Shown here one piece after another: positions 18,626 through 27,360 of a stretch of DNA of 64,000 bases; position 1 is the stretch's first letter, and each line of letters begins with the position of its first letter. The stretch is from an uncultured Nitrospiraceae bacterium. GTDB lineage: Bacteria; Nitrospirota; Thermodesulfovibrionia; Thermodesulfovibrionales; Dissulfurispiraceae. A model generated the notes under the pieces. It made no database searches. It saw nothing but the letters and a program-made list of their open reading frames with translations, and had not been told where the DNA came from. The position numbers and the translations under genes are program-made. The stretch covers positions 864,001-928,000 of the forward strand of contig CAVSHF010000003.1 of the NCBI GenBank assembly GCA_963727805.1, read 5' to 3'.

Positions 18626-21600
18626 TTATGCACCGGGGCGTACAGGTATCGTAAACATGAATTTGCTCCCTTTGCCGGTTTCGCTTTCAACCCAAATCCT
18701 TCCGCCGTGAAGCTCGACAAGCTGCTTGCATAGACTCAGACCCAGACCGGTCCCTTTATATTTCCTCGTTAGTCTCGTATCAACCTGCTCAAATGGCTTG
18801 AAGAGTTTATTGCGATCTTCAGGGGATATTCCAATGCCAGTGTCACTGACGGAGTATTTGAAGAATTCCCTATCATCAGTCAAGGCCGCCACTACATGAA
18901 TTGTCCCGCCGTCGGGTGTGAATTTCACAGCATTGCCCAAAAGATTGAACAATACTTGTTTTATTTTCCTCTCGTCTCCGATCATTGTATCCAGGCCTTC
19001 TGCAATCTCGAAAGTCATCTGAAGATTGTGCTTGTACTCCTTCTCCTTAAATAAGGCGATGCTGGTTTCAACAAGTCTTTTTATGTTGAACTCATTCATC
19101 TGCAGTTCCATCTTGCCCGCTTCCACTTTTGACAAATCAAGAATGTCCTCGACTAAGCTGAGCAGGTGTCGGCCACTCGTGAATATATCTGTTACGTGCC
19201 CTTTCTGTTGATCAGTTAGCGGACCGCTCAGTCCAGTCGCCATCAGCTCAGAAAAACCAATGATGGCATTCAGCGGTGTCCTGAATTCATGGCTCATACT
19301 AGCTAAGAAGTCCGACTTCGCTTTGTTCGCCGCTTCGGCCGTTTCTTTCATGATTTCAGCCTCTATCACCTTCTTGCGTTCCGTGATATCCATCATAACA
19401 TGCACCGAATATAGATACTTGCCTTCTTCGTCTCTTTTTGGATACATCCGCACACTAAAAGTCTTCCCTATGGAATCTATTGTGACCTCCTTTAACGCAG
19501 GTCTTCGAGATTTTACTGCCTCTTTGCATAAATCGTCGGAGGTGTCAGTTTTGGGAAATATCTCATAATAAGGTCGGCCGACAAAGTCAACGGGTGACAT
19601 ACCCGTCATTTGCTCATAGGCTTTGTTTGCCCTTATTATCCTGCCGTCACTGTCATGAATGAAAATCAATTCTGTGATGGCATCAAAGGTGTCCTCCCAT
19701 TCCTTCTTAGCATTTATTATTTTCTGCTCTATTTTTTTGCGCTCTGTGATGTCTCGGGCCATCCCGGCGAACCCGCTGATATTGCTATGATGATCCTTGA
19801 GCACGGAACCCATAAACTCATACGGAATCTGCCGGTGATCCTTCAAAAGCAAATAAGCATCCTGCTTTGCACGTCCCTCGTTAAGAACTATTCCGATTGA
19901 CTTGCTGATTCGCTTTCTATCTTTCTCTGCAAAGAAGTCTGTAGGGGGCATGGAATGCAACTCTTCATAGCTGTAACCAGTAATTCTGCTGAGAGCCTCA
20001 TTGCAAATTAATAATTTGCCATTCAGATCGTAGGCATAGAAAATATCATCAATGGCGTTCAAAGTGCTTTCAGTAAAGGCTTTTGCCTCCCTTAGTTTTT
20101 CCTCCGCCTGCTTACGCAGCTCCTTCTGAGCAAAACTATCTACAGCAAATGAAATGCTATCAACAATCTCTTGCATCAATTCTATTTCGTCTTTCTCAAA
20201 ATAAGCCGATTCCGATATATAAACAGTGATGGCTCCGATCACTTGTTTATGCTCCCTAATCGGAAATGCAGCTGAAGACAGGTATCCCCGTTTTATCGCT
20301 TCATCACTCCAGGGTCCCATATAAACATTCTCTTGGGTGCTATTGTTAATGATGTGGCGGTTTTCTCTTACGGCTGTCCCAGTCGGCCCTCTACCTCCAG
20401 GGACGCTGCTGTCAATAGTGATTCTTATTAAATTTAGATAGCCCTCTTCATATCCGAAGTGACTTGCCACATCAATATAATCACTGTCCCAGTTGACCAA
20501 GCCTATCCACGCCATTCTGAAATTGCCTCTTTCAACCATGATCCTGCAAATGTCTTCAAAGAACTGTGCACGATCATTTGCCTCTGCGATCGCCAGATTG
20601 ACATGACTTAACACCGCAAGCAATCTATTGATACGAATTAACTTCGCTTCTGCCTGCTTGCGCTCGGTGATAACGTCGAATACGGCTACAAAGTGTTCTT
20701 TTTGGGGGCTGTACACTGATATCCAAAACCACATCCGCAAGGCAGCTACATACATCTCAAAGCGCTCGGGTTTCCCGGACAAGGCAACTCGGCCGTATAT
20801 CTCAAATACCTCGGGATCAGACTTTCGTATTTCAGGAATGACCTCAGACACCTTCTTACCAACAACATTCTTTAAGCCTGTTAATGTTGTGAAGGCATCA
20901 TTTACTGCAAGGTATATGAAGTCCTGAGGCTGATCCTCCGAAAAAAGCATTCGGCAATAGGCAAAGCCGTTGAGCATGTTGTCAAACAAGGAGTGATATA
21001 ATTCTTCACTTCCGCGAAGCAAATCTTCTGCTTCGAATTTCGCCAAGGCTACGGCTAGGTGCCCCGCCAATCTTTCCCATAGAGCAATATCTTCAGGAGA
21101 GAAACGACCCTTTTGTCGGTCGTTCAACTGCAGTAGCCCCAGTCTGTCCTCGCCGACGTGCAGAGCGATCAGGGCCACCGATTCGTATCCCTCTCCGTTG
21201 CACCTGTTGCGCGTTCGAGCTTGTCGATCTGCTTCAGTTGTGGTTGCAAGTAGTTCGGTAGTACTGTTTGTCCAGAAGCTTCCACCGTGGGTAAAAAAAG
21301 GTTTTGACGGATCGAAGCGCCCGCAAATAACGTTCCCGCACATGCAATCCAAGACAGGATTGCCGGTGCTGTCGCAGATGACCGCTCCGGTCGTAGAGTG
21401 GGAGCACAACGAGTTTTCGGCCAATACAAACTCGACCGGAAATCCGCGAGCTTCATAATAAGGGTAGTCATTCTGATCATGCAGCCGGATCCCTGTAGCT
21501 TCACATCCAGAGTGCTGCTGCAGGAAAGTCGCCGCCGACTGAACCATATCCTTCTTATTCCTGCTCTCATTAACCAGACGGAGGAAATCGACTGCGATCG

Positions 21601-21889
21601 TCCTCTCCTTTTCGGCCCTTTTACGCTCGACAATGTCTTCTTGCAGCCTTTTTCTTTCAAGTCCCATCTTTGTTGTGTACCTAAGTATAGGCACTATCAC
21701 GGAAACCACGATGAGGGACACGACAATGGCGTCGACGGCACCGACTTCGATAAGTTCCCTTGAAATCATGCCATGCCGAAAGATACTTTGAAGCGAAGTA
21801 AGGACGAAGGTAAAAACTTCCGAAAATAGTACCGCAACAAGAATAAATTGCCAATTCTTTATACGTTCCAATGTTCGGAATATATCCAT
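18626..21889 (-). CDS. Membrane sensor histidine kinase (2TM, Cys-rich GAF, PAS, GAF, PAS, PAS, HisKA, HATPase)
   Basis: H-box [10 protein letters not shown]; repeated DITERK PAC ends; GTGLGL. Confidence 0.95.
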   Translation of the reverse strand: MDIFRTLERIKNWQFILVAVLFSEVFTFVLTSLQSIFRHGMISRELIEVGAVDAIVVSLIVVSVIVPILRYTTKMGLERKRLQEDIVERKRAEKERTIAVDFLRLVNESRNKKDMVQSAATFLQQHSGCEATGIRLHDQNDYPYYEARGFPVEFVLAENSLCSHSTTGAVICDSTGNPVLDCMCGNVICGRFDPSKPFFTHGGSFWTNSTTELLATTTEADRQARTRNRCNGEGYESVALIALHVGEDRLGLLQLNDRQKGRFSPEDIALWERLAGHLAVALAKFEAEDLLRGSEELYHSLFDNMLNGFAYCRMLFSEDQPQDFIYLAVNDAFTTLTGLKNVVGKKVSEVIPEIRKSDPEVFEIYGRVALSGKPERFEMYVAALRMWFWISVYSPQKEHFVAVFDVITERKQAEAKLIRINRLLAVLSHVNLAIAEANDRAQFFEDICRIMVERGNFRMAWIGLVNWDSDYIDVASHFGYEEGYLNLIRITIDSSVPGGRGPTGTAVRENRHIINNSTQENVYMGPWSDEAIKRGYLSSAAFPIREHKQVIGAITVYISESAYFEKDEIELMQEIVDSISFAVDSFAQKELRKQAEEKLREAKAFTESTLNAIDDIFYAYDLNGKLLICNEALSRITGYSYEELHSMPPTDFFAEKDRKRISKSIGIVLNEGRAKQDAYLLLKDHRQIPYEFMGSVLKDHHSNISGFAGMARDITERKKIEQKIINAKKEWEDTFDAITELIFIHDSDGRIIRANKAYEQMTGMSPVDFVGRPYYEIFPKTDTSDDLCKEAVKSRRPALKEVTIDSIGKTFSVRMYPKRDEEGKYLYSVHVMMDITERKKVIEAEIMKETAEAANKAKSDFLASMSHEFRTPLNAIIGFSELMATGLSGPLTDQQKGHVTDIFTSGRHLLSLVEDILDLSKVEAGKMELQMNEFNIKRLVETSIALFKEKEYKHNLQMTFEIAEGLDTMIGDERKIKQVLFNLLGNAVKFTPDGGTIHVVAALTDDREFFKYSVSDTGIGISPEDRNKLFKPFEQVDTRLTRKYKGTGLGLSLCKQLVELHGGRIWVESETGKGSKFMFTIPVRPGA

Positions 21890-22015
21890 AGTTGCAATTA
21901 TATCAGGTGCTATCTAATCCTGCTACTTATTTCTTAACTCTTGTTTCTTAACTCTGTGTTTTTTAACCCCGAATTGATTCACATAAAATGTTACCGGAGG
22001 TGAAAAGAAGAAGTA

Positions 22016-22430
22016 TCGTTGACTCATAATGCATGTTACCGAGGAAAAGCATGCATGGATAGGAAGGTACTATGAGTCCACGATCCAGAAAAGAATATCT
22101 CGAAGTCATATATGTTCGATACAAAAAAGCTTCTCGTAAAGAGAAAACGGGTATTCTCGATGAATTCTGTGCCTCATGCTGGTATCACCGAAAACATGCT
22201 ATACGATTGATTCATACGTTCAGACGCTATCAGAAAGCGAAGCACAAGAAGAGGGGTAGCCTTCTGTTTACCACAAAGAATCTATCCTTAGGCCTCTGAA
22301 GTGCATTTGGCATGCAGCAAACCTCCATTGCTCCAAAAGACTCAAAACGATCCTTCCTCTTTGGCTGCCCAGTTATCAAAAGCGGTATGGTTCGCTTTCA
22401 GAAGAGGAAAGGCAGGCACTCCTTAGCATT
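22016..22430 (+). pseudogene. Truncated, frameshifted transposase (integrase-core/ISNCY-like N-terminus) with its probable left end
   Basis: MSPRSRKEYL..RYKKASRKEKTGILDEFC...YHRKHAIRL continues in another frame as PSVYHKESILRPLKCIWHAANLHCSKRLK; terminus-like TCGTTGACTCATAATGCATGTTACCG. Confidence 0.65.
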
Positions 22431-22551
22431 CGTACTCTGCATGCAATTGCCTTATTCTGAAATTGGGGATAAATCGGTGCAACCTCAATTGCGCATCGAT
22501 GCTAATTTCTGCGTGTCAAAAGGATTCATTCATTGAAGCGGCTATCCGAGG

Positions 22552-23189
22552 GTCGAGTAGGCCGGTGGAATCGCACCACCAGCCCCTCACAGATTCCGTA
22601 CGTGAACCTCTCGATTCATACGGCTCGTGTCAATCATCAAGTTGAGTCTTTGCAGTCTCAACCATACACATTGAGCGATAGTTCCTCCTGGTCACCCAGT
22701 TGACTGGTACTCTTTGTGGATTGACCCATCCCCTTCCCTCCACGGCTTATTATCACCGCTTCATCGGTACTATTGGACGGTCCGACCCCTTCACCTGCAT
22801 CGATACTTTCCCCCTTCGTTTGCACTTATAGGGTTTTCTCTTAGCATCAGATGAAGAGTTCCCGCGTTCCACACAGGAGCCTAGATCAGCTTCATGCCGC
22901 CTCTATGCCGGACGCCGTTCAGGCAGTAAACAGGTATCTCCTGAACTAATCCTGATGCAAAGTAAGAACATCAGTTTTGACGTCGTCCTTTTCCTTTCGA
23001 CACCTCATCAGCGGTTCGCTTACGCTCATCTCTCTGATCCATCCCTGACACGATCTAGTCGTGCCTTTTCCTTTAACGCTCACCACCGGAGCCTTTCGAC
23101 TACAGCAGCTTAAGGTGGGTTGAAGCCTGCTCCTGCAAGCCGGCTTCGAGGGGCCAACCCTCATCTTCCTGTGCAGCCTCGTGGCGCAC
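22552..23189 (-). ncRNA. ORF-less group II intron (638 nt)
   Basis: 5' GTGCG at 23189; domain V GAGCCGTATGAATCGAGAGGTTCACGTACGGAATC; domain VI with bulged A, ending CTCGAC; EBS1 TTACTTTG complementary to the 5' exon CAAAGTAA. Confidence 0.9.
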
Positions 23190-23524
23190 TTACTTTGGGC
23201 AATCACCAAATTTCTAGTACTGGCAATATCGATGGTTCTCAATAGAACCAGGTCAGCTGTCTGGATATGGTTGCCGTGCTGATTTCGACATGAACCCCAC
23301 AGACTGAATATTTGCCTTAGGGCAAAGGTTAGAAACGGTAGGACTAAACCGCTGCGCGGTGGATTCGATTAGCAAGGGCCTATCAGTAGTAGTACCATCT
23401 TTTTCGAATAGCCACTTTTGCCTGATCACATTTCTTTGTTGAACCATCGAAGTCTTTTTACAATCTCTCTTTGCTGTGCTGCCGGCATGAGCTGGCAGAA
23501 AACAGTTTCAAAGGAGATTGTATT

Positions 23525-24370
23525 ATGAGCGCGTTGAAAGAACGGTTGCTGCAGGATCTTCAGTTGAAGGGCATTACGCTTGGTGTCCAAAGGAAATATC
23601 TCCGGGAAGTCGGTAACCTTGAGAATTATTTCGGCAAGTCTCCTGAAGAACTGAGTACAGAGGAAGTGAAGCAGTATCTGGTTCATCTTATGGAAGAAAG
23701 GGGTTTAACGAGGGGGACATACAGAACCTATGTGGCCGGGATCAAGTTCCTTTATAATACGACCCTGAATCGTGCGGATGTAGTCAATAATATTCAATAT
23801 CCGAAAGCCCAGAAGAAGCTGCCTCTCGTTTTGGATTTGTCCGAAGTCCAGGCGATTTTCTCAGTCACTGAAAACATCAAGCACAAGGCGCTTCTGATGA
23901 TCACCTATTCTGCCGGGTTGAGAATAAGTGAAGCTGCGCGACTGAAGGTGACAGATATCGACAGCAAGAGTATGCTGGTTTATGTCCGTCTTGGAAAAGG
24001 GGCAAAGGACCGTTACTCCATCTTATCGCAGACTGCCCTTGAGTGCTTAAGACAGTATTGGAGGGAATATCGCCCGGAGGAGTGGTTATTTGAAGGCGAG
24101 AAGGACAACACCCATATCACTATAAGCTCCATCTACCAGATATTCCAAAAATCCAAGAAACGCGCCGGCATCGCAAAGAATGCTTGCGTGCATACTCTGA
24201 GGCATAGTTTTGCGACACACCTTATCGAGGCGGGGACTAGTCTTCATCATGTCCAACTGCTTCTTGGGCACAGGTCACCGACGACCACGACCGTTTATCT
24301 TCATGTCAGCAAGATGAATCTGGCAAAAGTTGTCAGTCCGCTGGACATAGCAACTAAAAAATATCTGTAG
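23525..24370 (+). CDS. Tyrosine recombinase/integrase (N-terminal SAM-like, integron-integrase/Xer-like)
   Basis: GLRISE, GKGAKDR, HTLRHSFATH, LLGH, TTTVY catalytic motifs; AAGGAG RBS. Confidence 0.93.
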   Translation: MSALKERLLQDLQLKGITLGVQRKYLREVGNLENYFGKSPEELSTEEVKQYLVHLMEERGLTRGTYRTYVAGIKFLYNTTLNRADVVNNIQYPKAQKKLPLVLDLSEVQAIFSVTENIKHKALLMITYSAGLRISEAARLKVTDIDSKSMLVYVRLGKGAKDRYSILSQTALECLRQYWREYRPEEWLFEGEKDNTHITISSIYQIFQKSKKRAGIAKNACVHTLRHSFATHLIEAGTSLHHVQLLLGHRSPTTTTVYLHVSKMNLAKVVSPLDIATKKYL

Positions 24371-24391
24371 CACTCTGAGCCGTAAATCCAG

Positions 24392-25588
24392 ATGCGCCAG
24401 TCTCGTGGTGTGGAGGTGGCGGATATCTTACGCCGCTACGGCTCCGATTATCGGCAGTCTCATTCCTTGCCTCTTCGTCATCTGCGGGCCATGCACGCCG
24501 TGGAGATATGCAGGACGGCAGCACTCGGAGGCCATAGGGACAAGTGCGAGGATTGCGGCCACGTCGAGATATCCTACAACTCCTGCCGGAACAGGCACTG
24601 TCCCAAATGCCAGACCCTGAAAAAAGAACAGTGGATTGAGGCCAGACAACAGGACCTTTTGCCCATCCAGTACTTCCATGTAGTTTTCACTATCCCGTCG
24701 GAACTCAATCCGGTTGTCATAATGAATCAGAAGGTCATGTATGATCTGCTGTTCCGTTGTGTCTCCGAAACTCTCACCGAACTCTCAAATGACCAGAAGC
24801 ATCTCGGTGCCCGCATCGGCTTCATCAGCATCCTTCATACCTGGGGGCAGAATCTGATGGACCATCCCCATATCCACTGTGTCGTCACCGGAGGCGGCCT
24901 GTCTTGCGACGGAGACAGTTGGGTATCCTGCCGCAAAGGCTTCTTCATTCCGGTCAGGGTAATGTCGGCGTTGTTCCGGGGAAAGTTCCTCGATCATCTG
25001 AAAAGGATCTTTGAAGCGGGTGATCTTATCTTTCCCGGAGGAATAAGTCATCTCGGCGATTCCCATACCTTCGAGATGCTCAGAAGAAAGCTTTATCACA
25101 AGAAGTGGGTTGTCTACTGCAAACCGCCCTTCGACGGAGTTGGCGGCGTCCTGCAATATCTCGGCCGATATACGCACAGGATCGCCATCAGCAACAATCG
25201 TATAATCGAGGCCGAAAACGGCAAGGTCTCGTTCAAATGGCGTGATTACGCAGATGACGATAAGCACAAGGTGATGACTCTGCAGGCCGATGAGTTCATC
25301 AGAAGATTCCTTCTGCATGTACTGCCGAATCGATACGTTCGGATAAGGCACTTCGGCCTGCTGGCAAACAGGAAACGTAGAGATAACATTGCTGCATGCC
25401 GCGAGCTTCTTGACAGTCACAACACCGTAATGAAAGAGCAGGACAAGCCTGAGACCTGGCAGGAACAGCTGCTAAGGATCTGCGGCATTGACGTCACCAC
25501 CTGCCCCGTTTGCAAAAAAGGCAAGATGCGCCGAATTGAGATTCTGCCTCCCCGCCGCTGCAACGATCCTCCGGAGCAATGCCGATGA
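24392..25588 (+). CDS. IS91-family Y2 rolling-circle transposase
   Basis: Zn finger CEDC...SCRNRHCPKC, HUH motif HPHIH, YLGRY, RIRHFGLL. Confidence 0.93.
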   Translation: MRQSRGVEVADILRRYGSDYRQSHSLPLRHLRAMHAVEICRTAALGGHRDKCEDCGHVEISYNSCRNRHCPKCQTLKKEQWIEARQQDLLPIQYFHVVFTIPSELNPVVIMNQKVMYDLLFRCVSETLTELSNDQKHLGARIGFISILHTWGQNLMDHPHIHCVVTGGGLSCDGDSWVSCRKGFFIPVRVMSALFRGKFLDHLKRIFEAGDLIFPGGISHLGDSHTFEMLRRKLYHKKWVVYCKPPFDGVGGVLQYLGRYTHRIAISNNRIIEAENGKVSFKWRDYADDDKHKVMTLQADEFIRRFLLHVLPNRYVRIRHFGLLANRKRRDNIAACRELLDSHNTVMKEQDKPETWQEQLLRICGIDVTTCPVCKKGKMRRIEILPPRRCNDPPEQCR

Positions 25589-26009
25589 AAACCGTGGTCG
25601 TTTCAAAAATCGCCTCAATATCGCCCCGCGAAAAAAACATCTCTTTTCGCAACACGGTCTTGTTGTCCGAAAACGCCACTTTCGGCCCTTGCACATCATC
25701 GCAAAGGTCAAACAGGGGCATTAAAGACGCTGCCTATCAGCCTTGTTCAGCAAGACTTGCTCCTATATATCCTAAAAGATGCCACTGCCGATAGTATAAG
25801 GAAGGATAATCTTCGATTGAATTGACATATCCGCACAGCGGCTTAGTCCTTCACACGTCAATCCGCAACTTCGCAGCGGATTGACGCTTATTCGTAACTG
25901 TTACTGTGGCAAAATGTCTGCAGTGCGAAGTAGTCGGTGAACTTGAGATCAGAGAGGTCGTATTTTCTGGGGCATAATGTCATCGATATGTTAAATCATC
26001 CCGTCTGGC

Positions 26010-26104
26010 GTCCGAACTAAATTGGAATAGGTGCCCGAACTGTATTGGAATGCCTGTCCGAACTAAATCGGAACGGCTGTCCGAACCTACCCGGAATTTC
26101 CACA
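26010..26104 (+). repeat. Four 18-bp repeats at a 23-bp period ending in CA; probable solo IS21-family terminus
   Basis: GTCCGAACTAAATTGGAA variants at 26010, 26033, 26056 and 26079. Confidence 0.65.
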
Positions 26105-26256
26105 GCTGGACAGCACACTCCCTGCAGCCTTGCAGAAGTTGGATTGCCAAAAAATTAACACTTGTGGCGACCTGTGGTAGGCGTTTATTTCAGGGAACAC
26201 ACTGACGTAACGGTTCTGAAGGCCGAGGAAGCAACAAAGTTCCTCTGCCTATCCGA
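26105..26256 (+). pseudogene. Degenerate 3' remnant of a group II intron
   Basis: LAEVGLPK resembles a maturase C-terminus; followed by ACGTAACGGTTCTGAAGG...CCTATCCGAT, resembling domains V/VI. Confidence 0.4.
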
Positions 26257-26438
26257 TCTCTCTACTTTTTTTATTTACATTTATTGGTAAATGGAAGTAT
26301 TGCACGAAGAGAGCGACTCCATCTTGGCCGCACCTATTACATCGCATTCTATTATTGCGAAAACTGTTTTATGTGCAGCCAATCAACGTGCGTCTAAATT
26401 ATATTCGAGTGGCTGAAAGAGTCCCGGGGTTCAAGTTG

Positions 26439-27017
26439 TTACAGCAGGGACTTCTCTGTGACAATCTCTTGAGGCAGCGGTTTAAGCTCCTCCGATGGTG
26501 TGTCAGCTGATGACGTATCATTTTCATTCTGCACAGGTTGCTGGAGAGTATCTGTAGTGAAATTATCCGTCTGCTTCAAATTATCTTGTACTGGTTGCAT
26601 TTCTGATGCAGTGGATGCATTCGGCAGATTCGTCAGAATAGCTGCGAGTATGGCGCGCGCTCGGGGGGACTCGTTTGCGAATACACCGACACGGACAGCA
26701 ACCATACATGATTCTGTGCTGATGGACGTAATTTCTATCCAGACTGTGTCGCTATCAGACTTGGACTTTATTCCCACTGATGTGCCATCTTGATACTGGC
26801 CAGTGATGGACATATTGAGTTCAGTAAGAGTTGCAACTGTCGCTTCATACGCTGCAAGAGCAGATACATTTACCTTTTCTTCAAGTTGCTTATCAGCATT
26901 AATGGCCGTTTTGATATCCGCAACGCCACTCGACATAGTAGCACATGCCATTTGAACAAGAAACAGCCCGCATAAAAGAAATCTGATCAGCTTCAATCCA
27001 AATGCTTTGTCGTGCAT
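26439..27017 (-). CDS. Putative lipoprotein (DUF3568-like)
   Basis: Signal peptide ending MAC; VAVRVGVF motif; acidic low-complexity tail. Confidence 0.65.
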   Translation of the reverse strand: MHDKAFGLKLIRFLLCGLFLVQMACATMSSGVADIKTAINADKQLEEKVNVSALAAYEATVATLTELNMSITGQYQDGTSVGIKSKSDSDTVWIEITSISTESCMVAVRVGVFANESPRARAILAAILTNLPNASTASEMQPVQDNLKQTDNFTTDTLQQPVQNENDTSSADTPSEELKPLPQEIVTEKSLL

Positions 27018-27360
27018 ATTTTTTTCCCCTCAAATAGGTTTGTCTGGCAAATATACATTTCCTAGATTATTATAGCAGATGCACGTGCTGATTTCAGAGG
27101 TTGCAGGAGGGGAAAACTATATCGACATAACATTTAATAATACATTGCGCGCTATTTCGTTTGCGATTTTATCAACACAATTCAGATCTGGCTGCCGCCG
27201 TATTTATTTCTAAAAGAATATTACAAGGTTAGGTGTAGGCGGCTTGCGAGAATTACAAGAATTAGCGTTGCGCAGACCATTTTCCCGGACCCTGCATAGT
27301 TTGCCCCGAACTATTCACAGCCCTTGGCGACAACACGTGCAATGAATCGTTTTGGGCTTA

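Larger units (their letters stand above)
23340..25850 (+). mobile_element. Two-gene IS91-like element (tyrosine recombinase + Y2 HUH transposase)
   Basis: Adjacent co-oriented genes bounded by 20-bp imperfect inverted repeats at 23340-23359 and 25831-25850. Confidence 0.7.

Noticed and set aside
21929..21970. Three short TTTCTTAACTC-like tandem repeats upstream of the kinase
   Set aside because: Short, AT-rich and degenerate; no function supportable
22946..23242. 98-aa ORF overlapping the intron 5' part
   Set aside because: Lies in ribozyme domain I and has no RT or maturase motifs
26010..26096. CRISPR array
   Set aside because: Intervening sequences are only 5 bp, repeats are degenerate, and there are no cas genes
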